Assembly (NCBI GenBank): GCA_030141605.1 | Contig: JAQGDQ010000779.1 | Span: 41,354 to 96,458 of the forward strand | Reading direction: 5' to 3' | Origin: Tubiluchus corallicola | Taxonomy: Eukaryota; Animalia; Priapulida | DNA: 55,105 nucleotides | In this document: positions 9,388 to 18,547 of the stretch, in pieces | Numbering within the stretch: the first letter of the stretch is position 1 | Layout: each line of letters begins with the position of its first letter | Notes under the pieces: generated by a model | Database searches by the model: none | Told to the model about the DNA's origin: nothing | Seen by the model: only the letters and a program-made list of their open reading frames with translations | Made by a program: the position numbers and the translations under genes

Positions 9388-10353
9388 ATGGCAGTAGAAC
9401 AAGAAATTTGGTGTCGAGATATCCTCAATTATATAGAGGATAACAACCAATTTATGCAATTCTCTGTGGATGCTTCGCCCGAAGTACTGAACGGCAAAGT
9501 GGTACATATCCCCCAAGCAGGCGCCCCTTCGGCAGTAGTAAAAAATCGTAGCACCCTACCCGGCACAGTGGTAAGGCGTGGCGATGGAGACGTTACCTAT
9601 GCACTGGACAGCTACACTGTGGATCCGACTTTGGTGCGCAATTTGGAGGATGTAGAGACCAATTATGACAAACGGCAATCTATGCTAAGAGATAACGCAG
9701 CCAATCTTACCGATATTGTGGGCGACGACTTAATGTATAAATGGGCTGTAAGCCTACCCGTAGCGGACCAGCTAGAAGCTACTGGCTCAACGGTTTCGGT
9801 AAGTATAGGAGGTTCAACGGTTTCGCTCAAAGGTCTACAGGAGAGTGACTTGATAGAAGCCGAAGCTTTTGCTAAACGTCAAAAAATGTGGAAGCGCGAT
9901 GGCTGGTATATGGCTATTGACCCCGACAACCTAAAGTCTTTGAAGTTGGAGATGAAAGATAGGTTCCATTACCGCGACACAGTAGATCTGCCTAGTGGAG
10001 TAGTTACCCGCCTGCACGGCTTTTGGATTATAGAGCGTAGCCGTGTACTTATATTAGACAATAGTGGAGCTGTAAAACCAGCGGATGCTGTTATTGTAGC
10101 TACCGATGTACCCGCTGCCTTCTTTTGGCACGATATGGCGGTAGAACGTGCTGTTGGCGATATAGTAACCTTCGATAATGAACGACGAGCTGAGTATTAT
10201 GGCGATGTGATTAGCCACGAGGTACGTATGGGTGGAAGGGCTAGACGCGGGGAAGCCATTATAGGCAATCCAAACCCCATAGGTGCACCAACGGGGACAA
10301 TAACCGTAGGTGATAATCAAGGGATAGGTGTCATTAAAATGGTGACCCCTTAG
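9388..10353 (+). CDS. Major capsid protein
   Basis: Follows the protease; EIW...VHIPQAGA...NYDKRQS...EYYGDVIS motifs typical of Bacteroidota Mu-like capsids. Confidence 0.8.
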   Translation: MAVEQEIWCRDILNYIEDNNQFMQFSVDASPEVLNGKVVHIPQAGAPSAVVKNRSTLPGTVVRRGDGDVTYALDSYTVDPTLVRNLEDVETNYDKRQSMLRDNAANLTDIVGDDLMYKWAVSLPVADQLEATGSTVSVSIGGSTVSLKGLQESDLIEAEAFAKRQKMWKRDGWYMAIDPDNLKSLKLEMKDRFHYRDTVDLPSGVVTRLHGFWIIERSRVLILDNSGAVKPADAVIVATDVPAAFFWHDMAVERAVGDIVTFDNERRAEYYGDVISHEVRMGGRARRGEAIIGNPNPIGAPTGTITVGDNQGIGVIKMVTP

Positions 10354-10354
10354 G

Positions 10355-10452
10355 TTTTAAGATAAAAGATAAGAGATAAGAGATAAAAGATTTAATAAGA
10401 TAAGAGATAAGAGAGAAAAGAGAAAAGATTTAATAAGAGATAAGAGATAAAA
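10355..10452. repeat. Heptameric short tandem repeats (TAAGAGA / AAAAGAT type)
   Basis: Visible 7-nt periodicity; related tracts at about 5650-5685, 6268-6323 and 15211-15395. Confidence 0.7.
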
Positions 10453-10658
10453 ATGAAAAGATAGAGGCACTTAATGCAGATGAAGTAAAAGTATTAGGCG
10501 AGGAGAAAGGAATAGGTTATATGGAACCACTCAAATAGGCACAGTTACACGCTCTTTGTAAAGAGCTTGAAATAGAGATTAAAGCAGGTATTAACAACTT
10601 GCAGTATGTAGAACAAATAAAAACAAAACTTTATGGCACTTCCCAAAGTAACGATTAA
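10453..10658 (+). pseudogene. Disrupted small helical (Rho-N/HeH-like) ORF between capsid and sheath
   Basis: The frame from 10455 reads EKIEALNADEVKVLGEEKGIGYMEPLK*AQLHALCKELEIEIKAG...; ATG 10453 is out of frame and TAG is at 10536. Confidence 0.45.
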
Positions 10659-11847
10659 CAAGCTCAATGGAGCATTAGGAGGCGTAACTCCTCTCAACGA
10701 TGGCGAGGCAGGTATTATTATAAGCGTACCCGAGCTGCCCTCTACGGGCATTACCGACCCATTTGCGATTGGAACGCCTAAAACTATTACTTCTCTGCAA
10801 GATGTAATAGATAGGGGTATTACAGCTGATTACGATGCCGACCCCGACGGAGTTGGAACTTACGACCCTATTAATGTGTATAGACACTTTAAGGAGTTTT
10901 TCGACACGGCAGGAGCATCTGGTCCTGTGCTACACGTACTGTTTGTAGCCGACACCGTTTCGCTCGAAGGTATGCTAGATACAGGCAATCAGTTTGCTAC
11001 TAAGTTATTAGATTTTGCTGACACGATTAAACTACTGGGCGTAGCTCGCAACCCTGCAAGTGCCTATACGCCTACCGTTACCGATGGTATAGACAAGGAT
11101 GCTTACGATGCACTGGTAACAGGGCAAGCATTAGCCAATCAATATCAAGCGATCCCGCAGCCTGTGCAGATACTTATTGAAGGGCGCAGTTTCGACGGCA
11201 CACCTGCCAACCTCAAAGATCTTAGGCAACAAACCGAAAACCACTGTTCTATTGTATTAGGAGGTAGCAAGGAGGACGATAGTGCTTCTGTGGCATTGGC
11301 TCTTGGGCGCTTGGCAGCTATACCCGTGCAGCGTAAGCTTAGCCGTGTGCAGGATGGAGCTTTGCCTATCACTACAGCTTATTACAACAGTTCAACACTT
11401 GTAGAAGAACAGTCGCAAGCCTATCAAGGACTTATACACGATGCAGGTTTTGTAACACTATGCACCATACCAAGATTGGGGGGCTTCTTCTTCTCTGACG
11501 ACCCTACTGCTACTGGAGCAAGTGACGACTACAATATCATAGCACGCCATCGTATAATCAAAAAGATGATAATAATCGCTTACGATACTTACGTGCGAGA
11601 TTTGAACGATGAAGTAGTTGCAGCCGAAGGCGGAACATTGCCCGATGCCGTAGCAGCCGACATCAAAGCGCGGGTAGAACGTGCTATTGAGCAAACAATG
11701 GTAGTCCCTGGCGAACTGTCAGCTGTAAGGGCTGATGTAGATCCCAGCCAAAATGTAGTAAGCACAGGCGAGATACGCATACAGCTATTTGGACGTCCCG
11801 TTGGCTACACACAATTTATAAATGTAGATTTAGGATTCGAACTTTAA
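10633..11847 (+). CDS. Tail sheath protein (DUF2586-like)
   Basis: MALPKVTI start; ILIEGR, LGRLAAIPVQR and GFFFSDD...DDY motifs; C-terminal PVGY; followed by tube. Confidence 0.85.
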   Translation: MALPKVTINKLNGALGGVTPLNDGEAGIIISVPELPSTGITDPFAIGTPKTITSLQDVIDRGITADYDADPDGVGTYDPINVYRHFKEFFDTAGASGPVLHVLFVADTVSLEGMLDTGNQFATKLLDFADTIKLLGVARNPASAYTPTVTDGIDKDAYDALVTGQALANQYQAIPQPVQILIEGRSFDGTPANLKDLRQQTENHCSIVLGGSKEDDSASVALALGRLAAIPVQRKLSRVQDGALPITTAYYNSSTLVEEQSQAYQGLIHDAGFVTLCTIPRLGGFFFSDDPTATGASDDYNIIARHRIIKKMIIIAYDTYVRDLNDEVVAAEGGTLPDAVAADIKARVERAIEQTMVVPGELSAVRADVDPSQNVVSTGEIRIQLFGRPVGYTQFINVDLGFEL

Positions 11848-11863
11848 TTTTAATAAAAAAATT

Positions 11864-12292
11864 ATGGCAGCATTTAACAGTAAACAATATTCTTGGGCTA
11901 ATGTTACAGTAGTACTTGGCAAGAGAGATATAGTAGGTATTAGAGGTGTAAAATACACTACTTCACAGGAGAAAGATTATTTACGCGGCATAGGAAACCG
12001 ACCCTTAGCCATCCAAAGCGGTAATATCAGTGTGGAGGGCAGCATTACACTTTTGCAGAGTGAGCTGGAATTTATTATATCGGCTTCAAACTCAGCAGGT
12101 TTTCAAGAACTTACCCAAGCACAGTGGGACATAGCTGTTGCCTACACACCCGGCAATGGTGAGACAGGATCTCCGCTTACCAAAATAATCAAAGGGGTTG
12201 AGTTTGAAAGCTATGAAGAGGGTATGGAGCAAGGCGACTTGAATATGGAAGTAGAGTTAAATTTTAAAGCAATTGAAGTCAAACAAGTATAA
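11864..12292 (+). CDS. Tail tube protein
   Basis: FNSKQYSWANV, GIRGVKY, GNxxxEGSITL and QGDLNMEVELNF motifs; directly after sheath. Confidence 0.8.
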   Translation: MAAFNSKQYSWANVTVVLGKRDIVGIRGVKYTTSQEKDYLRGIGNRPLAIQSGNISVEGSITLLQSELEFIISASNSAGFQELTQAQWDIAVAYTPGNGETGSPLTKIIKGVEFESYEEGMEQGDLNMEVELNFKAIEVKQV

Positions 12293-12302
12293 GTAAAAAA
12301 TT

Positions 12303-12599
12303 ATGACAAAAAAGATAAGCAAAGAGCAGATAGAAAAGCTCAAAGAACAACACGGAGAAATATTTAAAATAGAGGTAGAAGAAAAATGGTGTGTTCTTAA
12401 AAAAATGGATAGGCAAACACTTTCTTATGTTGTTGCTAATATGAGCCAAGACCCGCTTAATACTACTATGTTCGTAATTAAAAAATGTTTTGTAGCAGGC
12501 GATGAGTCTTTTAAGCAAGATGCAGAGCTACATCTCGCAGCTGTAGGAGCGGTCCAAGAAATGATTAATGTTCGTGAAGGGCAGCTGGTAAAGTTGTAA
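12303..12599 (+). CDS. Tail assembly chaperone (G-like)
   Basis: EQIEKLKEQHGEIF start; lies between tube and tape measure. Confidence 0.75.
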   Translation: MTKKISKEQIEKLKEQHGEIFKIEVEEKWCVLKKMDRQTLSYVVANMSQDPLNTTMFVIKKCFVAGDESFKQDAELHLAAVGAVQEMINVREGQLVKL

Positions 12600-12760
12600 G
12601 GTCGTATAAGGGTACGCCACAGGAAAATTGGCTGCTCTATGTAGACACCCTTATGCGACGACATCTACACACTAGCACTGATAATTTTAGTGATAACGAA
12701 TGGGCATTACGTTTCGCCCAACTACAACACATTTTAAAGCAGGAAGCAAAAACAAAGTAA
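12587..12760 (+). CDS. -1 frameshift extension of the tail chaperone (GT-like)
   Basis: G GTA AAG at 12587-12593; the -1 frame is open to TAA 12758-12760 and encodes ...LMRRHLHTSTDNFSDNEWALRFAQLQHILKQEAKTK. Confidence 0.65.
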   Translation, partial: GKVVRSYKGTPQENWLLYVDTLMRRHLHTSTDNFSDNEWALRFAQLQHILKQEAKTK

Positions 12761-12771
12761 CTATTTAAAAG

Positions 12772-15210
12772 ATGGCCGATGTTTTAATTTTAGATATAAA
12801 AGACGCTGTAAGTCCGAAGTTTCGCAAACTACAAAAGTCTGTAGAGTCTGGACTGGGCAGTATATCTAAAAAAACATCGGTTTTTCAGGAAAAAATAACT
12901 GGAACAACAACCCCAATAACGAAGCTCCAGACAAAGTTAGAAGAGCTAAGTGTAAAAAGGGATAAGGCGTTTTCGCACGGAGAAATTTCTAAGTTTAGTC
13001 TTGAGTTTCGCAAACTACAAAAGTCTGTAGAGTCTGGACTGGGCAGTATATCTGAAAAAACATCGGTTTTTCAGGAAAAAATAACTGGAACAACAACCCC
13101 AATAACGAAGCTCCAGACAAAGTTAGAAGAGCTAAGTGTAAAAAGGGATAAGGCGTTTTCGCACGGAGAAATTTCTAAGTTTAGTCTTGAGTTTCGCAAA
13201 CTACAAAAGTCTGTAGAGTCTGGACTGGGCAGTATATCTAAAAAAACATCGGTTTTTCAGGAAAAAGTAACTGGAACAACAACCCCAATAACGAAGCTCC
13301 AGACAAAGTTAGAAGAGCTAAGTGTAAAAAGGGATAAGGCGTTTTCGCACGGAGAAATTTCTAAGTTTAGTCTTGAGTTTCGCAAACTACAAAAGTCTGT
13401 AGAGTCTGGACTGGGCAGTATATCTAAAAAAACATCGGTTTTTCAGGAAAAAGTAACTGGAACAACAACCCCAATAACGAAGCTCCAGACAAAGTTAGAA
13501 GAGCTAAGTGTAAAAAGGGATAAGGCGTTTTCGCACGGAGAAATTTCTAAGTTTAGTCTTGAGTTTCGCAAGACAGAGGAACAACTCAATCGCCTAAAGA
13601 ATCTGCCGCCACAATCTACTGTTACTCGCCTAAAACAGATGACGACAGGTCTTGGTGGTTTTATTGGTGTAGCTTCTGGATTAGTTATTGTACGCGACAG
13701 CTGGAAGAAATACGGGGAGCAAGTCAGTGCTGTAGCTAATGTGAAGGCTGGGTTAATAAGTACAAACCAAGCAGCAGGGCGTTCGCTAGAAGAGCTTAAG
13801 GAGCAAGCTTCACAATTACAGTCTAAAACATTATTTGGAGATGAATCCATTTTACAAGGTGTTACGGCACAGATGCTTACTTTCACAAAAGTAACGGGCA
13901 GCCAGTTTGACCGTGTGCAAAAAACAGTTTTAGATGTTACCTCTAAGCTAAAAGGCACAAAAGCTACTAGCGAAGATCTTCGCATCACCTCTATTATGCT
14001 GGGGAAAGCTCTTAACGACCCTGTAAAAAACTTATCAGCACTATCTGGAGCAGGTATTCAATTCTCACAACAGCAAATAGGCCTTATTAAACAACTTACA
14101 GAAAGCAACCAGATAGCACAGGCTCAATCTCTTATATTAGACAAACTTGGGAAGCAGTATGGAGGTACAGCAGAGGCATTGGCACAAACCGATGTAGGTG
14201 CTATGATGCAGTTCCAAAATACGATAGGCGACATTCAGGAAAGTATAGTGGAGGGGCTAATGCCCGTTTTGAGCCCTTTGGGGCAAGAAATAGCTAAAAT
14301 AGCTACTTTCTTTTTAGGAAACGCAGAGGGAATAGAAAAGATAATCCCCATTGCTTTTAAATTATTAGAGGTTTGGAAGGGTTACAAAATTATAGCCCCT
14401 ATCTTACATAGCATAGCCACCGCGCAAGGCAGGCAGCTACTACTGGCTAAATTACAACACGCGTGGACGCTCCTTGTGGCAGGTGTAACCAAAATTTGGA
14501 CAGCTGCACAGTGGCTATTAAATATAGCTTTAAAAGCTAACCCCGTAGGGATAATCATTGCTGCTATAGCTGTCTTAGTTGGGCTTGTTGTTTTAGTTAT
14601 AAAAAAGTGGGATGAATGGGGTGCTGCGCTAAGTTTATTTATGGGTCCCTTAGGGTTTGTTATATCACTTATTCAGTCATTTAGGCGAAATTGGGACAAA
14701 GTTAAAAAGGCTTTTGCGGATGGGGGTATTTTGAATGGCATTAAACAGATAGGTATCACCCTCTTAGATGCTCTGCTGGAACCTCTGCAGAAGTTTTTAG
14801 GCCTCCTTTCAAGAATACCGGGTTTAGGCAAATTAGCTGCAAAGGGAGAAGGTTTTATTAAAAATATGCGAGAAAAGCTTGGCGTCGACGTCGAAGCTGA
14901 AGTAAAGAAGGAAGCAAAAACGGAAGAAGAAAGGGAAGAAAACGTTCCAGAATTTTTCGAAGAAGCAGGAGCAGGAGCAACAGCTGATATGTCAGCAACC
15001 ACACCTGCTACTGTGCAAAGTGGTATAGAAGCGATACATGGGGGAGGTAAAAAAACAACAAATATAAATGTAAGTATCAATAATTTAGTAAACGAACTAA
15101 AAATACTACCCCAAACATTGCAAGAAGGAGTAGAAGAGATGCGAGAAAAGATAGAGCAGACATTGATAGAAACACTTAACGGTATTAATCAAATACAAAC
15201 CACTAATTAA
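12772..15210 (+). CDS. Tape measure protein with four near-identical 62-aa N-terminal repeats
   Basis: Long helical Ala/Gly-rich protein with LGKALNDP, YGGTAEA and ANPVGIIIAAIA motifs; position after the chaperones. Confidence 0.85.
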   Translation: MADVLILDIKDAVSPKFRKLQKSVESGLGSISKKTSVFQEKITGTTTPITKLQTKLEELSVKRDKAFSHGEISKFSLEFRKLQKSVESGLGSISEKTSVFQEKITGTTTPITKLQTKLEELSVKRDKAFSHGEISKFSLEFRKLQKSVESGLGSISKKTSVFQEKVTGTTTPITKLQTKLEELSVKRDKAFSHGEISKFSLEFRKLQKSVESGLGSISKKTSVFQEKVTGTTTPITKLQTKLEELSVKRDKAFSHGEISKFSLEFRKTEEQLNRLKNLPPQSTVTRLKQMTTGLGGFIGVASGLVIVRDSWKKYGEQVSAVANVKAGLISTNQAAGRSLEELKEQASQLQSKTLFGDESILQGVTAQMLTFTKVTGSQFDRVQKTVLDVTSKLKGTKATSEDLRITSIMLGKALNDPVKNLSALSGAGIQFSQQQIGLIKQLTESNQIAQAQSLILDKLGKQYGGTAEALAQTDVGAMMQFQNTIGDIQESIVEGLMPVLSPLGQEIAKIATFFLGNAEGIEKIIPIAFKLLEVWKGYKIIAPILHSIATAQGRQLLLAKLQHAWTLLVAGVTKIWTAAQWLLNIALKANPVGIIIAAIAVLVGLVVLVIKKWDEWGAALSLFMGPLGFVISLIQSFRRNWDKVKKAFADGGILNGIKQIGITLLDALLEPLQKFLGLLSRIPGLGKLAAKGEGFIKNMREKLGVDVEAEVKKEAKTEEEREENVPEFFEEAGAGATADMSATTPATVQSGIEAIHGGGKKTTNINVSINNLVNELKILPQTLQEGVEEMREKIEQTLIETLNGINQIQTTN
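12818..13571 (+). repeat. 4 x 186-bp near-perfect in-frame tandem repeat
   Basis: AGTTTCGCAA recurs at 12818, 13004, 13190, 13376 and 13562; copies differ at only a couple of positions. Confidence 0.95.
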
Positions 15211-15395
15211 GATGAAAGATGAAAGGTGAAAGGTGTTTTCATCTTTTAGTTTTTAATTTTTCTCTTATTAAATCTTTTAGTTTTTAATTTTTAACTTGCT
15301 AAAATGACCATGCGCCCACTAATTAAGATAAGAGATAATAGAGAGAAGATAAAAACTGCTTTCATCTTTTAGTTTTTAACTTTTAACTTACTAAA

Positions 15396-15980
15396 ATGAC
15401 CATACGCCCACCAGATAAAAACGTAATAGGACTAAGTGTGTTATATGCTAAGTTTTTTGGAGCTCCTTACGGAAAGTTGCAAACCCCAAATTACGACACG
15501 AGTGGCTACACAGGTTTTGATCTTTCAGCTTTTGATTCTACTACATTCAACGGTGTTCAGCTATTTGCCCCTGTCAAAATAGGCGACCTACAGCTACCTA
15601 ACGAGCCGCTTATTTCGTTTAGCAAACATAATGAAATAGTCAGTACACAACTCACAGGGACTCGTAGAGCAGGTAGTGTAAAAGAGATAATAGGACAGAC
15701 CGATTGGCAGATAGAGATCAAGGGCATAGTGCTCAACCCCATCAACCCTATACGCTATCCGCGCGAAGAAGTCAGAGCTATACGCGAGTTATTCGACAGT
15801 ACAGCTAGCACTGGCAGCCTTAGCATAACCAACCCAATTTGCGAGCTGCTTGATATAACAAACGTAGTAATCACTGATATTAACTTCCCGCAAATGGAAG
15901 GGATACAACATGCTCAAGCCTATACTATGAAATTAATAAGTGATGAAGATTTTGTGCTGACAGAAATAGATAGTAATTGA
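15396..15980 (+). CDS. Tail tube initiator / gpU-like protein (DUF6046-like)
   Basis: LPNEPLIS...GSVKEIIGQTDWQIEIKG...YP...LISD motifs; follows tape measure. Confidence 0.7.
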   Translation: MTIRPPDKNVIGLSVLYAKFFGAPYGKLQTPNYDTSGYTGFDLSAFDSTTFNGVQLFAPVKIGDLQLPNEPLISFSKHNEIVSTQLTGTRRAGSVKEIIGQTDWQIEIKGIVLNPINPIRYPREEVRAIRELFDSTASTGSLSITNPICELLDITNVVITDINFPQMEGIQHAQAYTMKLISDEDFVLTEIDSN

Positions 15981-15996
15981 TAGAAAAACAGCGGAT

Positions 15997-16077
15997 ATGA
16001 GTTTTATAAATAAAACAGATATAACAAAATAAATACTAGTAGATGAGCTAGACCAAGTAACACGTGGCGACGACTAA
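15997..16077 (+). pseudogene. Remnant of head-tail adaptor (Mu gp36 / DUF1320-like)
   Basis: MSFINKTDITK*ILVDELDQVTRGDD* matches the N-terminus pattern of Bacteroidota DUF1320 proteins, immediately before portal; stop at 16030 and the remainder deleted. Confidence 0.55.
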
Positions 16078-16088
16078 AAGAGACAATT

Positions 16089-17369
16089 ATGTTTAATTTT
16101 TTTAAAAAATGGAGGAAAAAATCCGTACCACCTGCTAGATTTGCTAGGCTCAACACAGGCAGGGTAACTATAAGACGGGGCGAAGACGCAGAAAACACCC
16201 TTATTAAATACATCAACCTTACTACATTTAGCAAACGCCGTCGCGATATGCAAGACTGGAAGGCTGCACGCGACCACGCCTGCGGAGAGAGCAAGACCCG
16301 CAAACTACTCTACGAACTATACTGGGATGTGCTAAGTAAAGACGATTTCTTAGCCTCCTTATCCGACAAACGCCGTATGCCCATACTCAACACGCCCATA
16401 ATATTTAAAAACCAAGATGGCACGGAGAACGAAGAGATAGCCCCTATGTTCGATACCAATTATTTTACCACTATATTAAAAGAAACCATCAACAGCGAGC
16501 TGTTTGGATATAGTCTTTTGGAAGTAGCAGCACCCAAGCCCAACAGTATAGAAGAGGGTAGTGTTGTGCTTATACCTCGCTCACACGTAAAGCCAGAGCT
16601 TGGCATAGTAGTAAAAGACCCTTATAGCACAACAGGCTTAAGTTACCTGACACCGCCACAAAGCAACAACACAATAGCTGTAGGCGACCTATGCAGTTTG
16701 GGATCTTACCTACAAGCCAGTAAGTTATCTATACGTATGGAGAACAATATAGGCGACTGGGGCGAAAGCAACGAAACATACGGAATGCCCGAAAAACACA
16801 TAAAAGTGGATAATGAGGATGAAAGGGAGAAGGTAAAGGAACAAATAGAAGAAGCAGGAGCAGGAGCAACACTTATAACCGACAAAGATGTAGAAATAGT
16901 GTATGCAGGAGCAGGCAGCGGCTCAGGCAGCGTTAATGGGACTTACGACACCCTAGACAAGCGACTGATGGAACGTATGGCCATACGTATATTAGGTGAA
17001 AGTATGACCACACTCGACAGCCGCAACTCTGGCTACGCACAGGCACAAATACATGGAGCTGTAAGCCAACAGCTCAATTCCAAAGACAGACAATTGGTAA
17101 TACGTACACTTAACAACCAACTACTACCTATACTCAACCGTGCTAATTGGAATTTGCAAGGTGAGTTCCAGTTTAAAAAGGTAAACACACATAGTACAGA
17201 AGAGCATATAAAGGTAGATGAAACCCTTCTAAGTATGGGAGTGCCGCTCTCCAAAGAAGAGCTCTACGAACGCTACAAACGCAATACACCACAAGACGAA
17301 GAAGATACATTAACACCGCGTAACGTAGGTAGAACAAACGAACTGAAGGTTAAAGATTTTTTCGGCTAA
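16089..17369 (+). CDS. Portal protein (Mu gp29 / DUF935-like)
   Basis: LFGYSLLE, IPRxHVxPE, WxExxExYGMP, ILGESMTT, AQAQIH and LNxQLLP motifs. Confidence 0.85.
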   Translation: MFNFFKKWRKKSVPPARFARLNTGRVTIRRGEDAENTLIKYINLTTFSKRRRDMQDWKAARDHACGESKTRKLLYELYWDVLSKDDFLASLSDKRRMPILNTPIIFKNQDGTENEEIAPMFDTNYFTTILKETINSELFGYSLLEVAAPKPNSIEEGSVVLIPRSHVKPELGIVVKDPYSTTGLSYLTPPQSNNTIAVGDLCSLGSYLQASKLSIRMENNIGDWGESNETYGMPEKHIKVDNEDEREKVKEQIEEAGAGATLITDKDVEIVYAGAGSGSGSVNGTYDTLDKRLMERMAIRILGESMTTLDSRNSGYAQAQIHGAVSQQLNSKDRQLVIRTLNNQLLPILNRANWNLQGEFQFKKVNTHSTEEHIKVDETLLSMGVPLSKEELYERYKRNTPQDEEDTLTPRNVGRTNELKVKDFFG

Positions 17370-17391
17370 GCCCCGTAATTAAAAGCGGGGC
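17357..17391 (+). promoter_or_regulatory. Candidate -1 frameshift cassette (T TTT TTC + 6 nt + GC hairpin)
   Basis: Slippery heptamer at 17357-17363; stem GCCCCG/CGGGGC at 17370-17391; the -1 frame is open to 17719. Confidence 0.6.
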
Positions 17392-17850
17392 AGTAAAGCA
17401 ACACTTTATAGCACTACACAAGTTATACAACAAGTACTACCAACAACTAACAAACGATGTAATATTACCATTACTACAAAAAGAGATAAACAACACTATT
17501 GCAAGGCTGTTTAAAGGCAGTTTAAAAGCAGGTGCAATAGGCCGTAAGACATTTGAAAAATTTTACAACGGTTTTGTAAATAATTATAACAAAACTTATA
17601 AGCAAGATATATTAAAAACTAAGTGGAACGCTCCAAATTGGGAATTTGTACAACGGGTAAAAACCAATTTTTCAACCTTTGTGGTTTTTTTAAAAATCAC
17701 AACAATACCCTTGAAGTAGCCCAACAACTTGTAAATAGTAGGGGCGAGCGTAGAACGTTTGAGCAATTTAAAAAAAGAGGTTTTGAAAATTTTGGAAAGA
17801 TATAATAAGAATTGGCTATGAAGCGAATATGTGCACGCCAACCGCTCGGG
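17357..17850 (+). pseudogene. Minor head protein (Mu F / gp30-like), disrupted and truncated
   Basis: Reconstructed ...VKTNFSTFVVF/KNHNN...GERRTFEQFKK/EVLKILERYNKNWL*SEYVHANRS, with frameshifts in T7 and A7 runs and an in-frame TGA near 17819. Confidence 0.7.
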
Positions 17851-18054
17851 AGTATATTGGTAGAATACAAAGGCAACAAGGTAGTGGTAAGCGGCGACCG
17901 CCCATATGCTGAGATACATAATGAAGGGGGACGTACTGGAGGGAGACGCTCTGCCTATATCCCCAAACGACAATATGCTGGAGTCCACAAAGACTGGATA
18001 AATAAAGCTATAAGCAACATAAAACAAGATATAACTAAGATAATTAATAATTAA
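17850..18054 (+). pseudogene. C-terminal remnant of virion morphogenesis (Mu G-like neck) protein
   Basis: PYAEIHNEGG...IPKRQYAG signature; N-terminal half missing, joined to the F remnant. Confidence 0.7.
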
Positions 18055-18536
18055 TGCAATTCCTCAAACAAATATACACAGGTATAGATAACAACTTGCA
18101 ACAAGCCGTAAGCGATGGCAAATTAGAAGCCTATTACTTGGATTGGGATTTTGGACAATTAGAAGAAGAGGCCAACCCACCCGTGAGCTTTCCTGCCGTA
18201 TTGATAGATGTGCAAGAAGGGCAAGAAGGTCAGGAGTTCGAACTCAACGGACGCACCACACAACAGGGCAGCCTTACTATAAATGTAAAAGTAGCTTTCA
18301 ATGTAGATGTAGCCTTAGAACATCTCGATAAGTTGCAAGTTATATACGAAGCTATAGGAGGCACCGCCAACACCTGCCATTCACAGCTCTACCTTACGCG
18401 ATTTAACCGACTACCCACACGCGGCTGGCTTACTTATGAGCTAGAGTTTGGCTGTACTGTATACACCGCCTACGGCCAACCCTATACATTAACACCCGCC
18501 AGCGGCGTAGTAGATCCGCTGTTTGAAGATTTATAA
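18054..18536 (+). CDS. Tail terminator / completion protein (Mu gp37-like)
   Basis: YLDWDFGQL...PPVSFPAVLID motif; position after the G-like gene. Confidence 0.65.
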   Translation: MQFLKQIYTGIDNNLQQAVSDGKLEAYYLDWDFGQLEEEANPPVSFPAVLIDVQEGQEGQEFELNGRTTQQGSLTINVKVAFNVDVALEHLDKLQVIYEAIGGTANTCHSQLYLTRFNRLPTRGWLTYELEFGCTVYTAYGQPYTLTPASGVVDPLFEDL

Positions 18537-18547
18537 TATATAAAACT

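Noticed and set aside
10536-17821. Alternative genetic code explaining the in-frame stops
   Set aside because: The interrupting stops are of all three types (TAG, TAA, TGA), coincide with frameshifts and deletions, and the main genes read normally in code 11.
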